DNA of 64,000 nucleotides from an uncultured Poribacteria bacterium (lineage in GTDB: Bacteria; Poribacteria; WGA-4E; WGA-3G). Within the stretch, counting starts at the first letter, position 1. Each line of letters begins with the position of its first letter. The stretch covers positions 3,712,001-3,776,000 of the forward strand of contig OX638351.1 in assembly GCA_951813565.1 (NCBI GenBank), read 5' to 3'. Position numbers and translations under genes: made by a program. Positions 1 to 10,742 of the stretch are shown piece after piece. Below the pieces are notes generated by a model. It was not told the origin of the DNA. It searched no databases and saw only the letters and a list, made by a program, of their open reading frames with translations.

Positions 1-470
1 GCAGCGGAACAGAAGTTAGTAACACGGATAAATATGTGCCGCAATCTGCTATTTTTGATAGATCACGCAAAAGGGTCGTGTTAACGTTTTCTACTAATGT
101 ATTCAATGCAGATAACTATTATGAGATTGAAACGTTTCAACTTTCCGACATATATGGAACTGAGATTCCTAAAGACAAAGGAACGTTGGCGGTAGAATTT
201 CCTATACAATCTCACGTAGAAATGATTGTTTATCCAAATCCTGCACGAAATAATCAAGTTACGTTTGATAGATTACCTGCAGGTAGCAGTGTTTACATTT
301 ACGATGTGTCGGGGAACCGTATCGCATCCCTTATTCCAACTGAAGATGACATAGCAGGGAATAGGTGCAGAAAAGTCTGGTCGTTAGATGGAGTCAGCAG
401 TGGTGTGTATATTTATGTATTAGAAACTGAAACGGGGCAGCAGGTTGGTAAACTTTCTGTTATTCGATAA
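1..470 (+). CDS. C-terminal part of a large secreted protein ending in a T9SS/FlgD-Ig-like sorting domain (5' truncated by the window edge)
   Basis: C-terminus has VYPNP...IYDVSG...SGVYIY...GKLSVIR, typical of T9SS type A sorting-like domains; reading frame is open back toward the window start. Confidence 0.7.
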   Translation, partial: SGTEVSNTDKYVPQSAIFDRSRKRVVLTFSTNVFNADNYYEIETFQLSDIYGTEIPKDKGTLAVEFPIQSHVEMIVYPNPARNNQVTFDRLPAGSSVYIYDVSGNRIASLIPTEDDIAGNRCRKVWSLDGVSSGVYIYVLETETGQQVGKLSVIR

Positions 471-497
471 ATTTATAGTAAGTCTATATTTTACCAA

Positions 498-1065
498 CCG
501 TAGGCGCGATTTTAAATCACGCCTACAAGAGAGTGTTTTTATATTTTAACGTGAACTTGATAATTAGAATGAATATAAATGTCCGTTGGGTAGAGCGAAG
601 CGAAACCCATAAATCAACACTATGAATGCCTGAATCAACGCCAAATGCGCCTGTGGCATTTGGCGCATGCTGCGTTGATTTGGATTTTCTGCTTGAATCT
701 CGTTCAATCGGGCGGACAAGGTCTCCCTCCCACAATGTCTGAGTATTCTATCGGGCTTAGAAAGCCCTCCCACAATGTCTGAGTATTCTATCGGGCTTAG
801 AAAGCCCTCCCACAAGAAAAAATCCAGCATTTTTTTCTTAAGTTTACACCTATGGGTAGAGCGAAGCGAAACCCAACAATTCAACCGTCTTGAGAGTCCT
901 AAAGAGTTGGGTTTCACTTATTTTTTCGGAAATATCGTCCTCAATAGCTCAACAACCTCTCTTTACGGTCTGTTTTTATTGTCCATTTCCGTTCTACCCC
1001 ACCGAATGCCATAGGCGCATTCGGTGTTGATTCCCTACGGGATTTATCAAACTCACGTTATTTTA
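498..1065. repeat. Intergenic mosaic of REP-like palindromes and MITE ends
   Basis: GGGTAGAGCGAAGCGAAACCCA occurs twice (~588, ~854); 40-bp direct repeat CTCCCACAATGTCTGAGTATTCTATCGGGCTTAGAAAGCC x2 (~727-808); end motif CTTAAGTTTACACCTATGGG recurs elsewhere in the window. Confidence 0.75.
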
Positions 1066-1135
1066 AATTCTATTACGTTGCAAATCAAAGAATATCTTGA
1101 GAAGGGCAACCAAACTGAAACACAATCAGTCCGAA

Positions 1136-3019
1136 TTACTTTTTTATCCCGCGTAGATTTAGAAATGAGGAACTGAAACGAGGAATTTTCTGAGAATCTG
1201 TCTCGTAAATATGAGATAAGACACCTAATATTCCTGGTCGTGATTTCCTTGTATGGCGCATCTTTTTTACAAGTGCGTTTTGAATAACTTTAGCACCTAT
1301 ATCCGGATGCTTAGATTGTTGGACGATCTCTGCCAAGTGATAGTGAGCCGGAACATAATCGCTTTGGAGTCGGATAGCTTGTTCTAAAACGTTTGTTGCC
1401 TTATTCAATCGACCACTCTTACCGATAACCCACCCCAACGTATCGTGATAAGAAGGAACATCCGAATTAAGCCTAACTGCGGCGTATGCAAGTGCTTCAG
1501 TAAGCAGATGTTTCTGCTGATACCCATCTGAATAGAGTTGCGCAAGATTGTTGTAGGCTTCTGCTTCGTTAGGGGCAATTTCTATGGCGGTTTCATACGC
1601 AAGCCGTGCTTTGTGAAGATGCCCAAGACGTTTGTACGCTGTACCGAGAATGTTATAGGTCTTATAATCGGATGAAACTTTCTTTTCGTGCGCCGCTCCG
1701 TTAGATGGATACGATGCTTCAGCAACAAATGGCTGATACACTTGAGTTCCCCGAGTCTGCAGATAGAATTCGTATGCCTCCACTGCAAGGGCGTATTGGT
1801 TTTCCTGAAAATGTGCAAATCCCAGATTCTTATATAAGACAGGATCCATTGAATCAATTCCTCGGATAAGTTCAAACATTTCAATTGCACTGCGGTAGTC
1901 CGATTGTTGTATGAAGAAACTTCCGGCATCTAAATAGTGTTGAGGATTTTCCACAAAAGCAATTTCTGTACTGGGAAGATACGGTGGGCGAGGACGCCGT
2001 TGCATTTGCGAATACACCAGGGCGACTGTTGCAGCAGCGAGCAAACAAAATAAGACAAGATAGAGCCGCGTGCGTGAGACCAATTGCTTTGAGAGATACG
2101 CATTAGGTCGCAACATAATAGCGAAAACGCTCGGATTAAATTTTTGATCCTCTTGTTCATAAATGACAACAGAAGTATTTGGGACCAGGACCGGTAGTGC
2201 AGGTGTAGAACTATGCTTATGAAGCGTTTTTACTTTTGGTGGTGAATCTTTGGGGGGATCAGTATCCTCTTTTATCTCGGTTGCGTAAGTTTCTGAAGAC
2301 GCTGCGGAGTCAGAGGGTTCTTCGGGTGTTGTTTCATCAGTTTTTGGTGTTTGTTCTATTACTAAATCAATTATCGGTGTTTCAATTTCCTCATCCGGAG
2401 GGATATTTTCTCCAGCATGAGGCAAGGGTTCGGCGGTATCTTCAATAATTAATTCATCAGAACTCGGTGACAACTCGTCGGAATAGTCTTCGCTTTCAAC
2501 TACGTTTTGGCTGGTAGTTGTTTGGTCCGACGTTGGTTGTTCTAATTCAAAATCGTATGAGTCGCTAAGATCCTGCGTATCTGGAGGATCGCTAATTTCC
2601 GCTGTCGTTTCTGCGGTGTCTGTTTCTGGATGTCTGGCGACGATTAGGTCTACGCTTTTCTGAACTTCCCTACGAGTTAAAGGTGAAACTTCTGTTCTTA
2701 AAAGAGATTCAAGTGTTGGCAGCGCATCTGCAGTACCTATGCTTCCAAGTGCTTCAATGAGAGTCCAGCGAGTTAAATCGCTATCTTCTTTTTTTAAGGC
2801 ATCTACAAGCGCGGATGTTGCCTCTGAGAAATTGCATTTCTGCAGTGCATTCGCTGCTTCGCGCCGCACACCAGAAGCAACATCGGACAACGCTTTCAGG
2901 AGAAAAGGCAGAACTGTGGTGCCGCCTATTTCTGCAATTTCTAAAACCGCTGCTCTACGAGTCGCTATTGGCTGCGAGGTATCTGTTATATTCTGTGTGA
3001 GTTTTTCAAATGATGCCAT
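1136..3019 (-). CDS. HEAT-repeat / acidic linker / single TM / TPR protein
   Basis: N-terminal HEAT repeats (VRREAANAL, RWTLIEALG), D/E/P/T-rich linker, hydrophobic segment LYLVLFCLLAAATVALVY, C-terminal TPRs (TYNILGTAY, AYNNLAQLY). Confidence 0.8.
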   Translation of the reverse strand: MASFEKLTQNITDTSQPIATRRAAVLEIAEIGGTTVLPFLLKALSDVASGVRREAANALQKCNFSEATSALVDALKKEDSDLTRWTLIEALGSIGTADALPTLESLLRTEVSPLTRREVQKSVDLIVARHPETDTAETTAEISDPPDTQDLSDSYDFELEQPTSDQTTTSQNVVESEDYSDELSPSSDELIIEDTAEPLPHAGENIPPDEEIETPIIDLVIEQTPKTDETTPEEPSDSAASSETYATEIKEDTDPPKDSPPKVKTLHKHSSTPALPVLVPNTSVVIYEQEDQKFNPSVFAIMLRPNAYLSKQLVSRTRLYLVLFCLLAAATVALVYSQMQRRPRPPYLPSTEIAFVENPQHYLDAGSFFIQQSDYRSAIEMFELIRGIDSMDPVLYKNLGFAHFQENQYALAVEAYEFYLQTRGTQVYQPFVAEASYPSNGAAHEKKVSSDYKTYNILGTAYKRLGHLHKARLAYETAIEIAPNEAEAYNNLAQLYSDGYQQKHLLTEALAYAAVRLNSDVPSYHDTLGWVIGKSGRLNKATNVLEQAIRLQSDYVPAHYHLAEIVQQSKHPDIGAKVIQNALVKKMRHTRKSRPGILGVLSHIYETDSQKIPRFSSSFLNLRGIKK

Positions 3020-3519
3020 AATTTATTTACAGGTACATCTTGTGCGTCCATTTACAGCATTGCAAATGGAACTGATACGATTCTCACATAATTTACTCTA
3101 ATATCTCTATTAGGTCGCACTGTGCTGAATCTGTATAAATGTTATTCCTAATAAAACGATTTCTTACGCAAAAAGATACACCTTTTGCCAATATCATCTC
3201 TTTACCCTTTATGTAGGTTGGGTTTCGCTTCGCTCTACCCATAACTGTCAACTTAGGGAAATATTTCTTGTGGGAGTGAGTCAACACCAATGCGCTTTTT
3301 GGCATTTGTCGGGCTTACCATAACTGTCAATTTAAGGTATTGAATCCGTTTTTAACGGTTGTTATAGCCTCGTAGAGGCGGTATGTTTATAGAAAAGGCG
3401 TTGTCCTGTGTTCTTGAACCTCGTAGAGGCGGTATGTGTATAACTTATATGTCGCTCCTACGGAGCTCAATCAGAAATATAGAAAACTAAAAACCCTGTC
3501 TCTCTTGACTATAATTGAC

Positions 3520-3548
3520 TTGACATTTCCAAAAAATATCTATATCAT
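3520..3548 (+). promoter_or_regulatory. sigma70-type promoter for the dppA-like gene
   Basis: TTGACA-17bp-TATCAT upstream of GGAGA RBS and ATG 3581. Confidence 0.6.
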
Positions 3549-3580
3549 GAAACATATCTTTTAGGTCATTGGAGAGATTT

Positions 3581-5239
3581 ATGACACAAAAACTTTTTGA
3601 ATGTTTTTTTAATCAAGGGGTCAGAAAAAATCACAATATTTCTTGTCTGTTGTTAAGATTATCCCTAATAATTTTTCTGTTATCAACCCTTGCGCTATCG
3701 ACGGTTTTCTTATCTTTGCCAGCAGAAGCCGACTCTCACGCAAAGGGAGGCACATTTATTTTTGGTCGTGGTGGCGACTCTGTTGGATTAGACCCAGCCC
3801 TTGAGGAAGATGGAGAATCTTTCAAAGTCTGCGATAACATCTACGATACACTTGTTCAATATAAAGATGGAAGCACTGAAATTGAACCCGGTCTCGCTAC
3901 GAGTTGGAAAAGTTCAGAGGACGGTTTGACATGGACATTTCACCTGCGTAAAGGCGTAACTTTCCATGACGGAACTCCTTTTAACGCTGAAGCAGTTCTT
4001 TTTTCGCTTAACCGACAACATGATAAAACACACGCCTTTCATGATGTTGGTGGAAGTTATGTTTACTGGATTGCTACAGGGTTAGCAGAGATTGTAGATA
4101 AAATTATTGCTGTTGACGAGTTTACAGTCCAAATCCACCTTAAAACTGCTTATGCACCTTTTATTTATACCATTGCGATAACTTCCTTTTCCATTGTCAG
4201 TCCAACAGCAGTTAAAGAATTAGGCGATGAATATTCTAACAATCCAGTTGGCACGGGTCCCTTCAAGTTTGTTCAGTGGGATAGGGGCGATAAAATAGTG
4301 CTTGCAGCAAACGATAATTATTGGGGTGGACGACCAAAGTTAGATAGAGTGATTTTCCGTTCTATTCCCGATAACGCTGTAAGACTCATTGAACTACAGC
4401 GAGGGGGTCTCCATGCGATGGAGTTCCCAAATCCAGATGATTTGCAACAAATTCAAGATGATGAAACGCTTGAGCTGCTATCTCAACCGGGGACGAATAT
4501 CGGTTATTTAGCAATGAACCTGGACAAACCACCTTTGGATAACCTTAAGGTGAGACTTGCAATTAACCATGCCATTAACAAATCCGAGATAATCAAGCAT
4601 CTTTATCAAGGACTCGGCATACCAGCGAAGAATCCGATCCCACCGACAATGTGGAGTTATGACGATACAATTGAGGATTTCAACTATAATCCGAAATTGG
4701 CAAAACAACTTCTCGCCGAAGCAGGATATCCGAATGGCTTTGAAACGACACTCTGGGCATTACCTGTTCCACGTCCCTATATTCCTGACGGACGCGCACT
4801 TGCAGAAGTTCTTCAGTCTGAACTTCGAAATGTTGGTATTGAGACGAAAATCGTAACTTATGACTGGGGCACATATCTTGAGAAAACCAAAAATGGCGAG
4901 CACGATATGGCAATGCTCGGCTGGAGTGCCGACCTCGGTGACCCAGATAACTTTTTCTATTTTCTCTTGAGTAAATCTTCAGCGGAAAAACCCGCAGGAA
5001 ATATCGCTTTTTATCGTAGTGATGCGATGCAAAATGTTTTGGAACAGGCAAGAGCAACCTCAGATAAAGAGAAGCGAATATCACTATATCAACAAGCACA
5101 GCAGATATTTCACAAAGATGTGCCGTGGGTACCGTTAGCACACGTAAAACAGATTTTAGTCGTAAATAAAAAGGTAAAGAATCTTACACTTCATCCATTA
5201 AATTGGAAATATTTCCGAAATGTTTCACTTGAAAGGTAA
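3581..5239 (+). CDS. dppA: ABC transporter dipeptide/oligopeptide substrate-binding protein (SBP family 5)
   Basis: Signal peptide; motifs LDP, IYDTLV, PGLATSW, LRKGVTFHDGTPFNAEAV, PVGTGPF, RPYIP typical of DppA. Confidence 0.9.
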   Translation: MTQKLFECFFNQGVRKNHNISCLLLRLSLIIFLLSTLALSTVFLSLPAEADSHAKGGTFIFGRGGDSVGLDPALEEDGESFKVCDNIYDTLVQYKDGSTEIEPGLATSWKSSEDGLTWTFHLRKGVTFHDGTPFNAEAVLFSLNRQHDKTHAFHDVGGSYVYWIATGLAEIVDKIIAVDEFTVQIHLKTAYAPFIYTIAITSFSIVSPTAVKELGDEYSNNPVGTGPFKFVQWDRGDKIVLAANDNYWGGRPKLDRVIFRSIPDNAVRLIELQRGGLHAMEFPNPDDLQQIQDDETLELLSQPGTNIGYLAMNLDKPPLDNLKVRLAINHAINKSEIIKHLYQGLGIPAKNPIPPTMWSYDDTIEDFNYNPKLAKQLLAEAGYPNGFETTLWALPVPRPYIPDGRALAEVLQSELRNVGIETKIVTYDWGTYLEKTKNGEHDMAMLGWSADLGDPDNFFYFLLSKSSAEKPAGNIAFYRSDAMQNVLEQARATSDKEKRISLYQQAQQIFHKDVPWVPLAHVKQILVVNKKVKNLTLHPLNWKYFRNVSLER

Positions 5240-5242
5240 AGT

Positions 5243-6952
5243 ATAAAGAAAATAACTTTTGTTGTAATAATACTCGCTTTTTCATTTCTGTTATTAACAG
5301 GAATGAATGCACAAAACGGAACCGTCCCAGGTGATGTTAACGGGGATGGTGTCGTGAACATCCTTGATTTGACCTACGTCGCCTCACATTTCGGTGAAAG
5401 TTTTGACCCAACACAAACACCGAACCCTGATGTCAACGGTGACAGCATTGTCAATATCTTAGACTTAGAGCGTATTTCATAAATCTTATGTAGGGCGAGG
5501 TCCCTGTGCCTCGCCATCTCTCAAAAGTGCAAACAACGGGCGGGCACAGGGACCCGCCCCTACAATAGAAGTGCGTGTTAGAAAAAACAGGGCGAAATCT
5601 AACAAAATTATATTTATGAGATACGCTCTAGTTATTGTTGCCAGTATGATAGGTAAAAGCGAACCCGAAATAAGCGCCCTGATTTTTGGGCGGGGTGGTG
5701 ATTCTATTACGCTTGACCCATCACAGATGCTTGACGGGGAATCAGCGAAAGTTTGTGATATGGTCTACGATACACTTGTCCAATATAGGGATAATACAAC
5801 CGATATTGAACCCGCATTAGCGGAAATGTGGGAAAGTTCTGCAGATGGTTTAACGTGGACTTTTCGCTTACGACAAGGAGTCGAATTCCACGATGGCACT
5901 CCGTTAAACGCTAACGCAGTCGTCTTTTCATTGACTCGCCCAAATGCACTGTCCGGTAGTTTTTACGAAGAATTTATAGATCGGATTACGCCGTTAGATG
6001 ATTTGATTGTTCAGATTTCTCTCAAAACACCTTTTGGGCAGGGAAACCAGCGATCAACAGACTTATCTTCCGATCTATTCCTGATAATGCTGACAGACTT
6101 ATGGAACTCCAGCAAGGTAATATCCATGTTATGGAATTTCCGAACCCTGATGAATTGGCAATGATTCGCGGTGACGCAAGGCTTGAACTCTTAATGTAAC
6201 CGAGTCTGAATGTTGGCTATTTGGCGATGAACATGGAAAAACCACCGTTTGATAATCTAAAGGTACGACTCGCGATTAACCATGCAATCAACAAAGCCGA
6301 GATTATTGAAAGCCTATATCAGGGCACAGGTGTCCCCGCGAAAAATCCAATTCCACCGACATTATGGAGTTATGATGATTCAATTGAAGATTATGCCTAC
6401 GATCCGGAACTCGCGAAACAACTGCTCGCTGAAGCTGGTTATCCCAATGGATTTGAGACGACACTCTGGGCACTCCCTGTGCCACGTCCCTACATCCCGA
6501 ACGGACAGGCACTTGCAGAGGCACTGCAATCTGACCTCCGAAACATCGGCATTGAGGCAAATATCGTAACTTACGACTGGAACACCTATATTGAAAAGAC
6601 CAAATACGGTGAACACGATATGGCAATGCTTGGCTGGAGTGCTGGTGGTGATCCTGATAGTTTTCTCTACTATCTTTTGAGTAAAACGACAGCGCAGAAA
6701 CCGGCACTCAATATAGCCTTCTATCAAAGCGATGAGATGCAGGATGTGTTGGACCGCGCAAGGATGAGCACAGATAGAAGTGAACGCATTGAACTTTATC
6801 AACAAGCACAAGCAATTTTCCATAGAGATGTACCGTGGGTGCCGCTGGCACATGCACAACGACTTTTGGTCATTGATAGAAGTGTTAAGAATATCAAACT
6901 TGCGCCTGTCGGATGTAAATATCTCCGTCGTGTATCGCTTGAATCGGAATAA
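5243..6952 (+). pseudogene. Decayed dockerin-DppA fusion paralog
   Basis: Signal-like IKKITFVVIILAFSFLLL (start now ATA); dockerin repeats GDVNGDGVVNILDL and DVNGDSIVNILDL; MITE insertion at 5468-5628; DppA homology with an internal deletion/frameshift near 6035 and an in-frame TAA near 6197; 3' part 6221-6952 highly similar to the upstream dppA. Confidence 0.85.
5468..5628. mobile_element. 161-bp MITE with TA target duplication
   Basis: TIRs GAGCGTATTTCATAAAT / ATTTATGAGATACGCTC (1 mismatch), flanked by TA on both sides; removal restores GAC TTA GTT ATT (D-L-V-I) of the dockerin. Confidence 0.85.
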
Positions 6953-6981
6953 GAATTTTCCAAAGTATCCTAACAAGATTA

Positions 6982-7281
6982 CTATAGTTTGGACAATTCT
7001 TGTCTCGTGAAAGTTGAGTTTTCAATGGAAGTCTATTTTCTACGAGTTTTGCATATCGGTGGAACATCATGAAAAATGCCGCACTCCAGCGAAGTGCTAT
7101 GCGTCGGAAATCACGGACCGCTCCGCTGGAGCGGATATGTCCGTTCATAATGTGGCTATAAACATATTGCTCCGCTGGAGCAAAGAGGTTCTGTTTTGTT
7201 CGTTGTGTCTTGATTTGGTGAAAAAATTAGTGAACTAATTCCTTATATCAACTCACGTTTAAAAAATTGTCCAAAGTTTAG
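6982..7281. mobile_element. MITE, CTATAGTTTGGACAATT family (IS4-like ends)
   Basis: TIRs CTATAGTTTGGACAATT / AATTGTCCAAAGTTTAG; internal CGCTCCGCTGGAGCG palindromes; same ends as 39645-40011. Confidence 0.75.
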
Positions 7282-7287
7282 TAACAA

Positions 7288-7510
7288 CCTACATTCCGCA
7301 CTTCGAATTTCCGATTTTCGATATTTATTTCTCAAACCTGCGTGGCACCTACATCGAGCAAGCAAGTTCAGGTGAATTAGAGAAAAAGAAAAGTGACAAG
7401 TGGAATCTTAATTCACGGCACCAAATCTCTATTATCCGTTACGGATCCTTTCGTGACACGGGTTTGTCCTATAAATATTAAATTCTGATTAAACAACTGC
7501 GGAATGTGGG
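7288..7510. mobile_element. Non-autonomous IS1634-related MITE
   Basis: TIRs CCTACATTCCGCACTT / AACTGCGGAATGTGGG, 6-bp TSD TAACAA; right end matches the left end of the IS1634 at 14333. Confidence 0.85.
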
Positions 7511-7534
7511 TAACAAAATTAATAGGAATAATAA

Positions 7535-8560
7535 ATGTCAGAACCCGAATTTCGCGTAGGTATAACGCGCGACTTCCTCAAACCTGACGGAAGTTCAGAT
7601 TTAGATAACATTGCCGGTCCACTATTTGAAAAAGCAGGTTTGGACTGGGAATATATTGCAGAAAATACACCCGCATTATCCGCTGCACAGGTGAAAGATT
7701 ACGACGCGCTCTTGGTGTTGGGCGCGGGCATCACAGCAGAAACGTTTACCGATGTTGACAAATTGGCAATCATAGCAAGGTTTGGAGTCGGATACGATAA
7801 GGTAGATGTGCAAGCCTGCACCGAAAACGGAGTTTTATTGACAATCGCACCGGATGGCGTACGCAGACCGGTTGCCACTTCTATCCTCACTTTTGTTCTG
7901 TCCCTAAGCCATCAGTTGTTGATAAAAGACCGACTTACCCGAACCGGCAGATGGACAGATACCAAAGACTATATGGGCATGGGTTTAGTCGGTAGAACAC
8001 TCGGTCTTGTCGGAATGGGCAATATCGGAAAAGAGACATTTAAACTGGCAAAACCTTTCGGCATGCGCCATATCACTTTTGATCCCTACGTCACACCGTC
8101 TGACGCTGCTGAAGTCGGGGCAGAAATAGTAGACTTGGATACCTTGATGCAAACTGCTGATTTTGTCTGTGTCTGCTGCCCGTTAACTGAAGAAACGCGG
8201 CGACTTGTTGATGCCAGATGTATCGGGTTGATGAAACCGACCGCTTACCTAATAAACACCGCACGCGGTCCGATTGTTGACCAGAAAGCACTCACTGATG
8301 CACTTCAAAACGGACGCATACAAGGCGCAGGCCTTGATGTCTTTGAGCAGGAGCCGATCAGCGATGATGATCCACTCTTAAGTCTGGATAACGTAATCGT
8401 TACCCCACACAGTATCTGTTGGACAGATGAGTGTTTTGATGGTAACGGTAAGAGCGCGTGTGAAAGTATTATCACCGTTGCTTCTGGGCAAATGCCAACG
8501 TGGATTGTGAACCGAGATGTTATAGATAGTCCAAAACTGCAGAAAAAGTTGGCACGATGA
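7535..8560 (+). CDS. D-isomer-specific 2-hydroxyacid dehydrogenase (SerA/glyoxylate reductase-like)
   Basis: RFGVGYDKVD, GLVGMGNIG, INTARGPIVD, GAGLDVFEQEP and TPH motifs. Confidence 0.9.
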   Translation: MSEPEFRVGITRDFLKPDGSSDLDNIAGPLFEKAGLDWEYIAENTPALSAAQVKDYDALLVLGAGITAETFTDVDKLAIIARFGVGYDKVDVQACTENGVLLTIAPDGVRRPVATSILTFVLSLSHQLLIKDRLTRTGRWTDTKDYMGMGLVGRTLGLVGMGNIGKETFKLAKPFGMRHITFDPYVTPSDAAEVGAEIVDLDTLMQTADFVCVCCPLTEETRRLVDARCIGLMKPTAYLINTARGPIVDQKALTDALQNGRIQGAGLDVFEQEPISDDDPLLSLDNVIVTPHSICWTDECFDGNGKSACESIITVASGQMPTWIVNRDVIDSPKLQKKLAR

Positions 8561-8776
8561 GTTTTGTGTTAAGAACACAGTAGGATTTACATGTGTCTTA
8601 ATAAGGGTGATTTAGGGTAATCTATAGCATACAAGATACAGTAAGTTGACCTACACGCACAGTAGTACTTCCCACCCACAACAATATCTACTCTCTCAAA
8701 GGTTGATGCTGCTTCGGTAATATGTTTTTCCCAACTTGCAGAATTATGCAACCTTTTCCTCGCCATTCGCGTCACT

Positions 8777-8942
8777 ATAGTGAACTTTGAAAATAAAGAG
8801 ACATATTTTCTGTAGGAGCGATCTCCGAATCGCGACGAATCTCACTGATAGTCGGGAATCGGAGTTCCCTCCCGCCAAATGCCAAACGCGCATTTGGCGT
8901 TGATTCACATCTCAAAATGTCTCGTTAATTCTAAAGCTTATA
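8777..8942. mobile_element. IS630-like MITE carrying a REP doublet
   Basis: Left end TATAGTGAACTTTGAAAATAAAGAGACAT resembles the IS630 end TATAGTAGATATTGAAAATAAA; imperfect inverted copy at ~8917-8942; internal GTAGGAGCGATCTCCGAATCGCG palindrome. Confidence 0.55.
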
Positions 8943-9297
8943 CCATTTCTAAATTATAACTTCCCATTTACAAAAAACGCGTTTAATGTGAATGTCGGAC
9001 GCACATTCACCAAGCGCAATTCATTGCGCCTCTTATCAGGGTTATTTAGTTTTCTATATTACTGACGCATTTTATCACATGTGTTAATGCTTTATAATAG
9101 TATCGTCCGTTGGGTAGAGCAACAGCGAAACCCATAACTGTCAACTTAAGAAAAAATGCTGGATTTTCTCTTGTGGGAGGGGTTCGTGACAATTGAATGC
9201 CTCTGCCCTTAATAGTTACTACATTTGACTACTTTCCCCAAATATGGTATTATTTAAAAAATGAAAACTTGTTGTGCGTATTTCCGCACCTGTAAAG

Positions 9298-9501
9298 TTA
9301 GTCGGTAGTCGGACGTGGTGGGTTACCCCAGAGGCCGCTGATATAGCCAACGCGGTTGAAATCAGATACTTGGTGTGTGGTCAACACATTTGGATTCTTG
9401 GAAATGCTTGGGTAAAATTGGAGTTCACGACCCATTTCAGCGAGTTGTGCTGGAGTCGGCATAATTTTATCTGTTTTATAAGAGACCCGTTGGGTTGACA
9501 T
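9298..9501 (-). pseudogene. N-terminal fragment of a phytanoyl-CoA dioxygenase (PhyH)-like gene
   Basis: LTTHQVSDFNRVGYI resembles the PhyH N-terminal LT.EQI..F...GY motif; truncated immediately afterwards. Confidence 0.5.
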
Positions 9502-9594
9502 TGTTGTTTTACCTAATCTAAATTTTGAATTCATTTTACCATAAACACATCCAAAGTAGAAGAACTATAATACATTTTGAATTGAGGTTAATTA

Positions 9595-10719
9595 ATGGCG
9601 CATGCATATACCCCCGGACTTAAGGTCACGGAGGGGACGACAATTGAGAAAAAACGTAGGCTCCCGCTTGAAGGCGAAGTCCTTGTTGAAACTGGTGCTG
9701 CGGTTAAGGCTGAGGATATCGTGGCAAAGGCAGATTTGCCGGGCAACGTGCAGTTGCTAAACGTTGCCAATCTACTCAGTGTTCCACCGGAAGAAATCGC
9801 AGAATACATGCTCAAACCTGTAGGCGAAACTGTCTCAGAAGACGAAATTATCGCTACAACAAAAGGACTTTTCGGACTTTTCAAATCGCAGGCACATTCA
9901 CCGATTAGCGGCACGATTGAATCAATGTCCGATGTCACAGGACAAGTTATCCTTCGCGAACCTCCTATCCCTGTTGAACTCAAAGCATATACTGATGGCA
10001 CTGTGACTGAGACTATCCCAAAAGAAGGTGTCACTGTAGAAACTTATGGCACTTACATCCAAGGCATCTTCGGTGTTGGCGGTGAAACTTTAGGCGACTT
10101 AGTTATTGCGGTCAATTCTTCAAGTAAGGAGTTGACTGAAGAACAGATTTTGCCAGAACACAAAGACAGAATCCTCGTTGGCGGTGCACTCGTCACAACA
10201 GACGCAATTCAGAAAGCGATCCAACTTGGCGTCCAAGGCATCATCGCGGGCGGTATTGATGATGCGGATCTACGGCAACTTCTCGGCTATGAACTCGGCG
10301 TGGCAATTACCGGTTCTGAAGAACTCGGCATTACACTTGTCATCACCGAAGGATTTGGAAGTATCGAAATGGCGGAACACACTTTTGCACTGCTCAAGGA
10401 GCGCGAAGGCATGAAAACTTCCATCAACGGTGCAACCCAAATCCGGGCGGGTGTTGTTCGTCCGGAGATTGTTATCCCGTTCGTTTCCGAAGATGAAGAC
10501 ACAACCGCTGATGCTCTCGTAGGAATGTTAGAGATCGGCAGTCCTGTACGTGTTATTCGTGAACCGCATTTCGGAAAATTGGGACGCGTCACTGAATTGC
10601 CTATTGAACTACAACAATTGGAAACGGAAGCAGAAGTGCGGGTGCTTCAGGTTGAATTTGAAGACGGAGAAAAAATAACGCTGCCACGTGCTAACGTTGA
10701 AACAATTGAAAAGAGATAA
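9595..10719 (+). CDS. Conserved hypothetical protein with barrel-sandwich-hybrid-like repeats and a C-terminal KOW-like domain
   Basis: 374-aa ORF with RBS; EVLVETGAAVKAEDIVA / LKPVGETVSEDEIIA / SPISGTIESM repeats; C-terminal GSPVRVIREPHFGKLGRV; function unknown. Confidence 0.6.
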   Translation: MAHAYTPGLKVTEGTTIEKKRRLPLEGEVLVETGAAVKAEDIVAKADLPGNVQLLNVANLLSVPPEEIAEYMLKPVGETVSEDEIIATTKGLFGLFKSQAHSPISGTIESMSDVTGQVILREPPIPVELKAYTDGTVTETIPKEGVTVETYGTYIQGIFGVGGETLGDLVIAVNSSSKELTEEQILPEHKDRILVGGALVTTDAIQKAIQLGVQGIIAGGIDDADLRQLLGYELGVAITGSEELGITLVITEGFGSIEMAEHTFALLKEREGMKTSINGATQIRAGVVRPEIVIPFVSEDEDTTADALVGMLEIGSPVRVIREPHFGKLGRVTELPIELQQLETEAEVRVLQVEFEDGEKITLPRANVETIEKR

Positions 10720-10742
10720 GCCATCTTAACTGGAGATACGCC

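Noticed and set aside
523..1014. ORFs 523-735, 564-917 and 775-1014
   Set aside because: They lie wholly in REP/MITE mosaic DNA and translate repeat sequence
8587..8775. 62-aa ORF faintly resembling a RelE/ParE toxin C-terminus
   Set aside because: Similarity (YCILYAIDY) is too weak to support; at most a decayed remnant next to a MITE
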